From NCBI GenBank assembly GCA_017540815.1, contig JAFYAI010000144.1, positions 685 through 64,684 of the forward strand: 64,000 nucleotides of DNA. Reading direction: 5' to 3'. The notes below the pieces were generated by a model. The model did not search any database. It was not told the DNA's origin and saw nothing but the letters and a program-made list of their open reading frames with translations. A program made the position numbers and the translations under genes. Shown here piece by piece: positions 43,809 through 51,844 of this stretch. The stretch is from Spirochaetales bacterium (GTDB lineage Bacteria; Spirochaetota; GWE2-31-10; MWDO01). The stretch's first letter is position 1; the number at the start of each line of letters is the position of its first letter.

Positions 43809-44750
43809 TTAATAGAACATTAAGAAGTTTGTTCCTTTATATAAGCCGAATCGAGCACCACTAAGTTTGAATGTATCCCAGTACCAGTCCTCACCGACTG
43901 CTGTTATTACTGAATGACCTTTTTCTGAACCGTCGTCAACTTCTTTTCTTTCTGCTTTTTTGTAAACAACTGACAGATAGTTGCCGGCTTCTGCTGTAGC
44001 AGTAACAACTTCTTTCTCATAAGAGATCGGAGCAATATACTGTCCGTAGAAGATAACCTTCTGAATGTCGCCTGAGTTCAGCTTGTCAGCGAATACCTGA
44101 GCATAGCCGTCATTTGAGCAGTTGCCTGCACCATAAAACTGAAGGCTTGTTGTATTCTTAGCAACATTCTTGCAAGTAAATGCCAAGCAGTAAGCACCTT
44201 CCGGCATGAACCACTCCCACTTATTCTTGAATTTAACATTAAGAATGTCGCCGCCAACTTTCTGAATTGATTCAACTTTCTCAATCTTAGTTCCAAGCGG
44301 AATAAAACCCATTCCTGGAACAGCACCAGGGAACATAAGTGTACTGTCTACAGTCATGAACTTGCCAACAATCCAATCACCAAGTGCAGCAGCTTTTGCA
44401 TTCTCAGTAACCAATACATTGATAGTAGCTACTTTCTTGTCTGCTTTCTTATCAAAAGCATTGATCATCTTGATGTCAAGAACAGAATTAACTGCCAAAG
44501 CCAATTCATACTGATACTTGCCTGTGTCAGCTGTAATCTGCAGCAAATCGTTGCTCTGAGTTACAGACTTAATCTGGTCATATTTGAATGTCTTAGTCAT
44601 TGGGAATCCGCCTGCTGTCATAACAGTGATTGCCAAAGCCTTAACATTGTCATAAGACCCAAACTGATTGATCTTGCCTGCGAAATCCAGTGCAAAAGAT
44701 CCCATTGCCAATGCCATTGATAATACAATAGCCAAAATACCTTTCTTCAT
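43809..44750 (-). CDS. Exported hypothetical protein
   Basis: Signal peptide MKKGILAIVLSMALAMGSFA; strong AGGAG RBS; codon choice resembles the ribosomal protein genes. Confidence 0.8.
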   Translation of the reverse strand: MKKGILAIVLSMALAMGSFALDFAGKINQFGSYDNVKALAITVMTAGGFPMTKTFKYDQIKSVTQSNDLLQITADTGKYQYELALAVNSVLDIKMINAFDKKADKKVATINVLVTENAKAAALGDWIVGKFMTVDSTLMFPGAVPGMGFIPLGTKIEKVESIQKVGGDILNVKFKNKWEWFMPEGAYCLAFTCKNVAKNTTSLQFYGAGNCSNDGYAQVFADKLNSGDIQKVIFYGQYIAPISYEKEVVTATAEAGNYLSVVYKKAERKEVDDGSEKGHSVITAVGEDWYWDTFKLSGARFGLYKGTNFLMFY

Positions 44751-44812
44751 ATTACTCTCCTATAATAAGGTATAAATTTGATATAGTTTTATCTTAAAAA
44801 ATAATAATTGTC

Positions 44813-44869
44813 AAGAGAATTTTATAAAAAAACAGATACAGTGTATCTGTTTTTTTATAAAATTCTCTT
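44813..44869. repeat. Perfect 28-bp inverted repeat (1-nt spacer) between divergent promoters
   Basis: AAGAGAATTTTATAAAAAAACAGATACA-G-TGTATCTGTTTTTTTATAAAATTCTCTT. Confidence 0.9.
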
Positions 44870-44895
44870 AAAGAAATTCCAAATATTCCGAATAT
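44869..44895 (+). promoter_or_regulatory. sigma28 (FliA)-like promoter of flagellin
   Basis: TAAA-15 bp-CCGAATAT upstream of flaB. Confidence 0.65.
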
Positions 44896-44908
44896 AAGAA
44901 TAAGGCAC

Positions 44909-44955
44909 AGGAAACAAGGATGTTTCCTATTATAAAATGAATCAAGGAGGATTCA
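44909..44955 (+). promoter_or_regulatory. Two CsrA-type GGA hairpins in the flagellin leader
   Basis: AGGAAACA-AGGA-TGTTTCCT and TGAATC-AAGGAG-GATTCA; the second overlaps the SD. Confidence 0.75.
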
Positions 44956-44958
44956 AAA

Positions 44959-45834
44959 ATGATTATTAATCACAATATTAGTTCGATGTTTTCAAATCGA
45001 CAGGTGAAATTCAATGATTTGGGGTTGCAGAAGAGTTTAGAGAAGGTAAGTTCAGGATTACGAATTAACAGAGCGGGTGATGATGCTTCCGGCTTGGCTG
45101 TATCTGAGAAGATGCGGTCACAGATCCGAGGTTTGATCCGTGCAGAGAAGAATGCCGAAGACGGTATCTCAATGATACAGACAGCAGAAGGTTATCTGCA
45201 GGAAACACAGGATGTTCTCCAGCGAATCCGAGAGTTGGCTGTTCAGGCAAGCAACGGTGTATATTCTGCAGAAGACAGAATGTATATCCAGGTAGAGGTA
45301 AGCCAGCTGATCGATGAGGTAGACCGAATCGCATCTCATGCACAGTTTAACGGCATGACACTGATGACGGGTCGATTTGCTAAGCAGGCTTCGCTGAATA
45401 CGGTTACATCGAGTATGTGGTTCCACATCGGTGCAAATATGGATCAGAGAGAGCAGGTATTCATCGGAACGATGACATCACAGGGATTGCAGCTCAAAGG
45501 ACCGGTTGGTCTGCCGCACACTGCTACATTCATAACCTTGTCTACACCGGACGCAGCGAATGCCGCAATCGGAACATTGGATCTGGCACTGAAGATTGTA
45601 AACAAACAGCGTGCTGACTTGGGTGCTTATCAAAACAGATTGGAGCATGCAATGAAAGGCTTGCTCAACGGAGCCGAGAACCTGCAGAGTGCAGAGTCTA
45701 TTATCCGTGATACTAACATGGCAGACGAGATGGTTAATTACTCAAAGAACCAGATACTCGTTCAGTCATCAATGGCTATGCTTTCACAGGCAAACGCAAA
45801 GAATCAATCTGTTTTGCAGTTGTTACAAGGCTAA
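44959..45834 (+). CDS. flaB: Flagellin, spirochaetal FlaB core type
   Basis: [50 protein letters not shown]; 291 aa with no large variable domain. Confidence 0.93.
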   Translation: MIINHNISSMFSNRQVKFNDLGLQKSLEKVSSGLRINRAGDDASGLAVSEKMRSQIRGLIRAEKNAEDGISMIQTAEGYLQETQDVLQRIRELAVQASNGVYSAEDRMYIQVEVSQLIDEVDRIASHAQFNGMTLMTGRFAKQASLNTVTSSMWFHIGANMDQREQVFIGTMTSQGLQLKGPVGLPHTATFITLSTPDAANAAIGTLDLALKIVNKQRADLGAYQNRLEHAMKGLLNGAENLQSAESIIRDTNMADEMVNYSKNQILVQSSMAMLSQANAKNQSVLQLLQG

Positions 45835-45852
45835 CAACTTTTCACTTAGGGG

Positions 45853-45884
45853 AAATCCTCCGCAAAGGGCGGAGGATTTTTTTT
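45853..45884 (+). terminator. flaB terminator
   Basis: AAATCCTCCGC-aaagg-GCGGAGGATTT followed by a T-run. Confidence 0.85.
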
Positions 45885-46012
45885 GCCCGACAAGATGTAG
45901 GGTATGCCGCCGACGCAAGGACGCATTGGTCTGCAGCGAACTTTATATTTCTCAAAAGAAACATCAGGATTTTACAGCCGTAAAATCTTGCTGTTTTTTT
46001 CAAAATTCCCTC

Positions 46013-46041
46013 TTGACACAATTCAAATATAGTGCTATAAG
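46013..46041 (+). promoter_or_regulatory. sigma70 promoter of trpEGD
   Basis: TTGACA-17 bp-TATAAG with an extended -10 TG. Confidence 0.65.
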
Positions 46042-46151
46042 TTTCTCAATTTATTATTTCCGAGCCACTTCATCGGCAATATCACATTCTGCGAAGAATG
46101 GCTAAGAACTGCAATAGAAGATGCTAATCGGAGACAATAAGGAGGCGAAAT

Positions 46152-47618
46152 ATGCAAATACTACCCGCATGTCGCGATGCGGTCAAATATGCTGAGTCAG
46201 GCGAATACAAAGTCCTGCCTGTCAGCTGCGAGATCCTGTCGGACTTCATCACACCGATCGAAACGATCAAAATTCTTAAAAATCTCTCATCTCACTGCTA
46301 TATGCTAGAGTCAGCAGCTGCCGATGAACAATGGGGACGATACACATTTATCGGATATAATCCCAAATTGTCAGTGACATGTTCTGACGGGCTTATGAAA
46401 GTAGGCGATGAGACATATCGCACGGACAATCCTTCGGATATTCTGCGAAAGATACTCAGCGAATATAAGAGTCCGAGACTTGACTATCTGCCGCCTTTCA
46501 CAGGAGGTCTTGTCGGCTACTTCGCTTACGACTATCTCGGCTACAGTGAGCCAAGCGTTCGATGCAAAGTCGATGATACAGAAGCATTCAAAGATGTGGA
46601 TCTAATGCTTTTCGACAAGGTCATTGCATTCGACAATGTGCGTCAGAAGATAATACTTATCGTCAATATGAAGCTGGATAATCCGCAAGCCGAATATGAC
46701 AGAGCAGTCAGCGAACTGCAAAATCTTGTCAATACGCTTCGTCAGGGACAGAGAAACACCGAACCAAGCGGACACTGGATTGGTGAGATTGAACCGCTGT
46801 TCAATAAGGAAGAATACTGTGCAATGGTAGAGCGTGCCAAGCATTATATTAAGGAAGGAGATATATTCCAGATAGTGCTGTCCAATCGCCTTTCTGCTCC
46901 GTTCAAAGGCAGCCTGCTCAATACCTACCGTGTTCTGAGGACGCTCAATCCTTCGCCGTATATGTTCTACTTCTCAGGAACTGATGTTGAAGTCGCCGGT
47001 GCATCACCTGAGACTCTCGTCAAACTTGAGAACGGCATTCTGCACACATTCCCGCTGGCAGGCACCCGTCCCAGAGGCAGGAATGAGGAAGAAGACAAAC
47101 GCCTCATCGCAGAACTGCTCGCCGATGAGAAAGAACTTGCCGAGCACAATATGCTTGTCGATCTCGGCAGGAATGACCTCGGCAAGATCAGCCGATTCGG
47201 TTCGGTTGAAGTGGAGAAGCTCCACAGCATCGAGAAATTCTCACATGTTATGCACATAGGCTCTACTGTCCGCGGCGAGATTCGCGAAGATAAGGATGCA
47301 CTTGATGCTATCGAAGCGGTGCTGCCTGCCGGAACATTGTCCGGTGCACCTAAGATAAGAGCGTGCCAGCTCATCGGCGAACTTGAGAATAACAAACGCG
47401 GTATATACGGTGGTGCAATCGGTTATATCGACTTCACAGGCAATATGGACACATGCATCGCTATCCGCATCGTCTATAAGAAGAACGGCAAAGTCTTCGT
47501 CCGCAGCGGTGCAGGCATCGTTGCTGATTCCATTCCTGAGAAAGAATACGAAGAATGTATCAACAAAGCCAAAGCTGTCGTTAAAGCACTGGAGCTGGCA
47601 CAGGAGGAGAACTTATGA
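46152..47618 (+). CDS. trpE: Anthranilate synthase component I
   Basis: MLESA, GDIFQIVLS, NPSPYM, ASPETL, PLAGTRPRG, EHNMLVDLGRND, GTLSGAPK. Confidence 0.95.
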   Translation: MQILPACRDAVKYAESGEYKVLPVSCEILSDFITPIETIKILKNLSSHCYMLESAAADEQWGRYTFIGYNPKLSVTCSDGLMKVGDETYRTDNPSDILRKILSEYKSPRLDYLPPFTGGLVGYFAYDYLGYSEPSVRCKVDDTEAFKDVDLMLFDKVIAFDNVRQKIILIVNMKLDNPQAEYDRAVSELQNLVNTLRQGQRNTEPSGHWIGEIEPLFNKEEYCAMVERAKHYIKEGDIFQIVLSNRLSAPFKGSLLNTYRVLRTLNPSPYMFYFSGTDVEVAGASPETLVKLENGILHTFPLAGTRPRGRNEEEDKRLIAELLADEKELAEHNMLVDLGRNDLGKISRFGSVEVEKLHSIEKFSHVMHIGSTVRGEIREDKDALDAIEAVLPAGTLSGAPKIRACQLIGELENNKRGIYGGAIGYIDFTGNMDTCIAIRIVYKKNGKVFVRSGAGIVADSIPEKEYEECINKAKAVVKALELAQEENL

Positions 47619-48190
47619 CACTGCTGATCGATAACTATGACAGTTTCTCTTACAATCTCTATCAATATATAGGCGAGCTCGATCCGAGTATGCGTGTCAT
47701 TCGCAACGATGAGATGACAGTCGATCAGATTAGAGATCTTCATCCTGACCGCATTATCATTTCTCCGGGACCGGGCAGACCTGAGAATGCAGGCATCATT
47801 ATAGATGTCATTCGGCAGCTCGGAGACAGAATACCGATACTCGGCGTATGCCTCGGCCATCAGGCAATATGTGCCGCATTCGGAGCGACAGTGACTTATG
47901 CCAAACAGCTTATGCACGGCAAACAGTCACTTGTAACATTTTCGGCAAAATGTCCGCTTTTCCGAGATGTCCCCGGCAATGCCAAAGTCGCCAGATACCA
48001 CTCACTGGCAGCAGATCCTGCAACTATGCCGGAGTGCCTTATTGTAACTGCCGTGACTGATGACGGCGAGATTATGGCTGTGCAGCACAAAGACTATCCG
48101 ATATACGGCGTGCAGTTTCATCCGGAGTCGATCATGACCCCGGATGGCAAAACGATGATTAAGAATTTCATTAATGGGATAGAGGTTTAA
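47615..48190 (+). CDS. trpG: Anthranilate synthase component II (glutamine amidotransferase)
   Basis: IDNYDSFSYNL, SPGPG, GVCLGHQ, QFHPES. Confidence 0.95.
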   Translation: MTLLIDNYDSFSYNLYQYIGELDPSMRVIRNDEMTVDQIRDLHPDRIIISPGPGRPENAGIIIDVIRQLGDRIPILGVCLGHQAICAAFGATVTYAKQLMHGKQSLVTFSAKCPLFRDVPGNAKVARYHSLAADPATMPECLIVTAVTDDGEIMAVQHKDYPIYGVQFHPESIMTPDGKTMIKNFINGIEV

Positions 48191-48200
48191 GAGAGAAATA

Positions 48201-48298
48201 ATAGGTTCGATAAATCGAACCCGTACATAAGGATGTGATTTATCACACCCATTACAAACATATTATAAAAAGACCTCTCCGCTACGGTCGAGGTGACA
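48201..48298. repeat. Cluster of REP-like palindromes between trpG and trpD
   Basis: GGTTCGAT-aa-ATCGAACC; TGTGAT-tt-ATCACA; AGACCTCTCCGCTACGGTCGAGGTGACA (right half of the 27061 element). Confidence 0.55.
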
Positions 48299-48323
48299 GT
48301 ATTATATATCTAAGGAGCAATAT

Positions 48324-49340
48324 ATGATAAAGGAAGCAATCGTAAAGATCGTAAATAAAGAAGACCTCAGTTACGATGAGGCATATACAGTTATGAATGA
48401 GATCATGAGCGGAGAGACCTCCCCTACTCAGAATGCAGCATTCTTAGCAGCACTGTCTACCAAAAGTGCAAGAGCCGAGACGACAGACGAGATAGCCGGC
48501 TGTGCAGCAGCAATGCGGGACCACGCAACGAAAGTCGATACAGGCATGGACATCTTTGAGATAGTCGGCACGGGCGGAGACAATGCTCAGAGTTTCAACA
48601 TCTCCACCACATCGGCACTTGTCGCTGCAGCAGGCGGTATGAAAGTCGCCAAACACGGCAACCGGGCAGCGTCAAGCAAATGCGGCACGGCGGATTGTTT
48701 GGAAGCACTCGGCGTAAACATCGACCAGTCGCCCGAAAAATGCGTTGAACTGCTTAACGAAGTCGGGATGTGTTTCTTCTTCGCACAAAAGTACCACACA
48801 TCTATGAAATATGTCGGAGCGATCCGCAAGGAGCTTGGCTTTAGAACAGTATTCAACATTCTCGGACCTCTGACAAACCCCGGCTCACCGACGATGCAGC
48901 TGCTCGGAGTTTACGACGATTACCTCGTTGAGCCGCTGGCGAATGTTCTGATCAGTCTCGGCGTTAAACGCGGCATGGTTGTCTATGGAATGGATAAACT
49001 TGACGAGATCAGCATGAGCAGTCCGACGAAGATCTGTGAGTTCAAAGACGGCTGGTATCGCACTTCGATTATTACACCGGAAGAATTCGGGCTTGCACGC
49101 TGTACCAAAGATGATCTCAAAGGCGGTACTCCGGCTGAGAATGCTCAGATTACATTGGACATCCTGTCCGGTAAAAAAGGCTGCAAGCGTGATGCTGTTC
49201 TCCTTAACGCCGGAGCAGCATTATACATCGGCGGCAAAGCTGACTCTATGGCAGACGGCATTCGCCTCGCCGGTGAGATTATCGACAGCGGAGCAGCGAT
49301 GGAGACGCTGAAGAAATTTATTAATGTTAGTAATAGGTAA
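48324..49340 (+). CDS. trpD: Anthranilate phosphoribosyltransferase
   Basis: [35 protein letters not shown]. Confidence 0.96.
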   Translation: MIKEAIVKIVNKEDLSYDEAYTVMNEIMSGETSPTQNAAFLAALSTKSARAETTDEIAGCAAAMRDHATKVDTGMDIFEIVGTGGDNAQSFNISTTSALVAAAGGMKVAKHGNRAASSKCGTADCLEALGVNIDQSPEKCVELLNEVGMCFFFAQKYHTSMKYVGAIRKELGFRTVFNILGPLTNPGSPTMQLLGVYDDYLVEPLANVLISLGVKRGMVVYGMDKLDEISMSSPTKICEFKDGWYRTSIITPEEFGLARCTKDDLKGGTPAENAQITLDILSGKKGCKRDAVLLNAGAALYIGGKADSMADGIRLAGEIIDSGAAMETLKKFINVSNR

Positions 49341-49363
49341 TTCATAATTCATAATTCATAATT
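49338..49363 (+). repeat. TAATTCA heptamer tandem repeat
   Basis: TAATTCA x3 plus TAATT, starting at the trpD stop codon. Confidence 0.8.
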
Positions 49364-49401
49364 AAAAATGAGATTTTGCAGTAGCAAAATCTCATTTTTT
49401 T
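49364..49401 (+). terminator. trpEGD terminator
   Basis: AAAAATGAGATTTTGC-agta-GCAAAATCTCATTTTT; nearly identical to the hairpin at 25611. Confidence 0.8.
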
Positions 49402-49409
49402 GTTTTTGC

Positions 49410-49438
49410 TTGACAAATTTAATTTTATCATATATCAT
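49410..49438 (+). promoter_or_regulatory. sigma70 promoter of the inserted cassette
   Basis: TTGACA-17 bp-TATCAT. Confidence 0.65.
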
Positions 49439-49444
49439 TGTTTT

Positions 49445-49830
49445 AATTACAAGAATTATTTGGCAAAGAGAGTTCTCTGCCTCAATGCTAAATAAAGAAA
49501 AATTCAGATCAATAACTCATTTATTTGAAGGGAATCCGTTGGAAAATCCTGTATCTTAAATGGGGTAGGAAGGGTTTTCTTATTGGTCTGAGATTTTTCT
49601 GCCCGCAGAGACATTTAGTGATACGGGATTTTTGTAATTAAATTCAGACTAATGGAGGTTCTTCAAAATGAGAACAAGTATTTCTTCTGCTTAAATTTTC
49701 ACAACTTTATAAAACAACAATTTCCAAATGTATTGATAGTCATAAAAATATGACTATGTAGTATTATGCCGTAATTATGGCAGACAAGTCACTGTGTTTC
49801 CGTGGCAAAAATTTAACAATTAAGAGGTTT
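49445..49830 (+). ncRNA. Candidate structured cis-regulatory leader RNA containing mini-ORF MRTSISSA (49668-49694)
   Basis: Multiple long, competing complementarities (see findings); GGAGG RBS before the mini-ORF. Confidence 0.5.
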
Positions 49831-49833
49831 TAA

Positions 49834-50175
49834 ATGAGAAACTCAATGAAAATTTTATCTATTATTATGGTAATGATTATGATGATGTTGGCAGCATGTG
49901 CTCAGGATAATACATCTAATAATGGCAGCAGTAATTCCGGCAGTACTTCAACTGGTGTTGTCGGAAGATGGAAAGATACTGATAATCTTGTGTATGAATT
50001 TACATCAGGTAATATCTATATGGATGGTTCTGTATACGGAAGATATTATGGTAACGATGCTGAAGGGGAATTATCGGTAAATGATATATGGTTTTATTAT
50101 ACAGTCTCAAGCAACAGTATGACTTGGACTAAGAAAAATGATTCCTCAGTCAAAGAATATCTTACTCGAATGTAA
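49834..50175 (+). CDS. Small lipoprotein
   Basis: Lipobox LAAC, S/N/G-rich tether, then a VVGRW beta-rich domain. Confidence 0.8.
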   Translation: MRNSMKILSIIMVMIMMMLAACAQDNTSNNGSSNSGSTSTGVVGRWKDTDNLVYEFTSGNIYMDGSVYGRYYGNDAEGELSVNDIWFYYTVSSNSMTWTKKNDSSVKEYLTRM

Positions 50176-50192
50176 CCACAAGTAAAAAAAAT

Positions 50193-50232
50193 AACCCGAG
50201 ATTTTTTGACGAAAATCTCGGATTATTTTTTT
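50193..50232 (+). terminator. Terminator after lipoprotein
   Basis: CCCGAGATTTT-ttgacg-AAAATCTCGGG followed by a T-run. Confidence 0.75.
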
Positions 50233-50234
50233 CC

Positions 50235-50263
50235 TTGATTTCATTCCCAATTTATTGTATAAT
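50235..50263 (+). promoter_or_regulatory. sigma70 promoter of the TA-trpC unit
   Basis: TTGATT-17 bp-TATAAT. Confidence 0.7.
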
Positions 50264-50299
50264 TAACATAAAGCTATGTTATTCGCAAGGAGCTATAAA

Positions 50300-50536
50300 A
50301 TGTCTTACGAAACAGTTGTTGAGCAAGTCAGAACTTTGCCGGAAGATTGTCTTGAAGATCTTTCAAAATATATGCAGTTTCTTCTATATCAATACAGTTT
50401 AAATAAAATGAATAATCTCACTGAAACAGACGAAGAATTTAACGCAAAAATGCAAAATGGTTATGATGATATGCTCGCTGGACGAGTTAAACCGCTGAAT
50501 AAGGCTTTCACTGATATAAGAAGGCGGTTCTCATGA
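50300..50536 (+). CDS. Putative type II antitoxin
   Basis: 78 aa, QVRTLPEDCLEDL..YMQFL and GYDDMLAGRVKP; overlaps the toxin start (ATGA). Confidence 0.7.
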   Translation: MSYETVVEQVRTLPEDCLEDLSKYMQFLLYQYSLNKMNNLTETDEEFNAKMQNGYDDMLAGRVKPLNKAFTDIRRRFS

Positions 50537-50847
50537 AACATTATGAGATTGTAATCTCAGAACAGGCAGAAGAAGATATTGCAAAAATATATTCTTATAT
50601 ATATTATGATTTAGGTTCAGAAATTAATGCCAATGCAGTTCTTGACAGACTTTATGCCGCTATAGAACAGTTGAGTTTTGTAGGAGAAAGTTATCACTTA
50701 TACCCTAATGAACCGTGGCGATCACGCGGCATTCACTATTTCTCAGTAAATAATTATTCTGTTTTCTATACCACAAAAGAATCGATTATAACTGTAATCC
50801 ATATAGCGTATGGACGACGAGATTTAGATAAAATGTTAGAGGATTAA
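50533..50847 (+). CDS. RelE/ParE family toxin
   Basis: YEIVISEQAEEDIAKIYSYI...NNYSVFY...VIHIAYGRRDL. Confidence 0.85.
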   Translation: MKHYEIVISEQAEEDIAKIYSYIYYDLGSEINANAVLDRLYAAIEQLSFVGESYHLYPNEPWRSRGIHYFSVNNYSVFYTTKESIITVIHIAYGRRDLDKMLED

Positions 50848-50850
50848 ACT

Positions 50851-51627
50851 ATGAACATACTCGAAGAGATAGCCGCCTATACGAAGCAGCGTATAGCAAT
50901 GGCAAAGCAAAGCATACCTGTGGAAGAAATACGACAGAGAGCTTATAATATACCCAAAGGAGAGTTCGCTTTTGAGAAAGCTCTGCGTAAGCCTGACATC
51001 GCATTTATCTGCGAATGTAAGAAAGCATCTCCGTCGAAAGGACTTATCGAACCTGACTTCCGGTATCTCGATATTGCCAAATCTTATGAAGCAGCCGGAG
51101 CGGATTGTATCTCGGTGCTGACCGAGCCTAAGTGGTTCTTGGGCGATGACCGCTATCTGCAGGAGATCGTCTCTGCGGTGCATATCCCGTGTCTGCGAAA
51201 AGACTTCACCGTTGATGAATATATGATCTATCAGGCGAAACTGCTTGGGGCATCTGCCGTTTTGCTGATTTGTTCCATTCTTAGTGAGAATGACATCAGG
51301 CGGTATATCGGCATCTGCGATGAGCTTGGTCTGTCAGCTCTTGTCGAAGCTCACGATGAAGATGAAGTGAAACTTGCTCTGAATGTCGGTGCGAGGATTA
51401 TCGGTGTCAATAACCGCAATCTGAAGAATTTCTCAGTTGATACAAACAACAGCCTTAGGCTGCGAAGCCTTGTTCCTGATGATATTATATTCGTCTCGGA
51501 AAGCGGCGTTAAAACAGCGGAAGATATTCGCATTCTGCGTGATAATGGCGTTAATGCCGTGTTGATTGGTGAAACTCTTATGCGAGCAGCGGATAAAAAG
51601 GAGAAATTGAGGGAGCTGAAAGGATAA
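50851..51627 (+). CDS. trpC: Indole-3-glycerol phosphate synthase
   Basis: ICECKKASPSKG, ISVLTE, LRKDF, IGVNNRNL, VSESG. Confidence 0.96.
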   Translation: MNILEEIAAYTKQRIAMAKQSIPVEEIRQRAYNIPKGEFAFEKALRKPDIAFICECKKASPSKGLIEPDFRYLDIAKSYEAAGADCISVLTEPKWFLGDDRYLQEIVSAVHIPCLRKDFTVDEYMIYQAKLLGASAVLLICSILSENDIRRYIGICDELGLSALVEAHDEDEVKLALNVGARIIGVNNRNLKNFSVDTNNSLRLRSLVPDDIIFVSESGVKTAEDIRILRDNGVNAVLIGETLMRAADKKEKLRELKG

Positions 51628-51636
51628 TGGGTAATT

Positions 51637-51782
51637 GTGGGGCTGCCGCCCCACGCCCCGTTCGCCGCTTTCAGCGGCGTTTCCCAAGAGGGCGGAACAA
51701 CCAACTTTTCGTAGCCGTAGGTTTTTCCGCCCTCTTGACTCCCACCATTTCCTTGGAAACGCTGGGGCAAGCCCCAGCCCCC
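51637..51782. repeat. GC-rich multi-hairpin element (MITE/REP-like)
   Basis: Terminal GGGGC..GCCCCA..CCCC direct-repeat hairpins; internal perfect 13-bp stem CAAGAGGGCGGAA/TTCCGCCCTCTTG. Confidence 0.65.
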
Positions 51783-51800
51783 ATTTGTGATACTTTGTGA

Positions 51801-51844
51801 AAAAGCAGGTCGGATTTTGCGTTGCAAAATCCAACCTGCTTTTT
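51801..51844. terminator. Bidirectional terminator between trpC and the RNase III-like gene
   Basis: AAAAGCAGGTCGGATTTTGC-gtt-GCAAAATCCAACCTGCTTTT. Confidence 0.75.

Noticed and set aside
45896-45945. GTAG-initiated REP-like sequence downstream of the flaB terminator
   Set aside because: Palindrome is weak and there is no second clear copy in the window; not supportable.
46045-46150. T-box or classical Trp attenuator upstream of trpE
   Set aside because: No T-box consensus, no Trp-codon leader peptide, and no U-tailed terminator before trpE.
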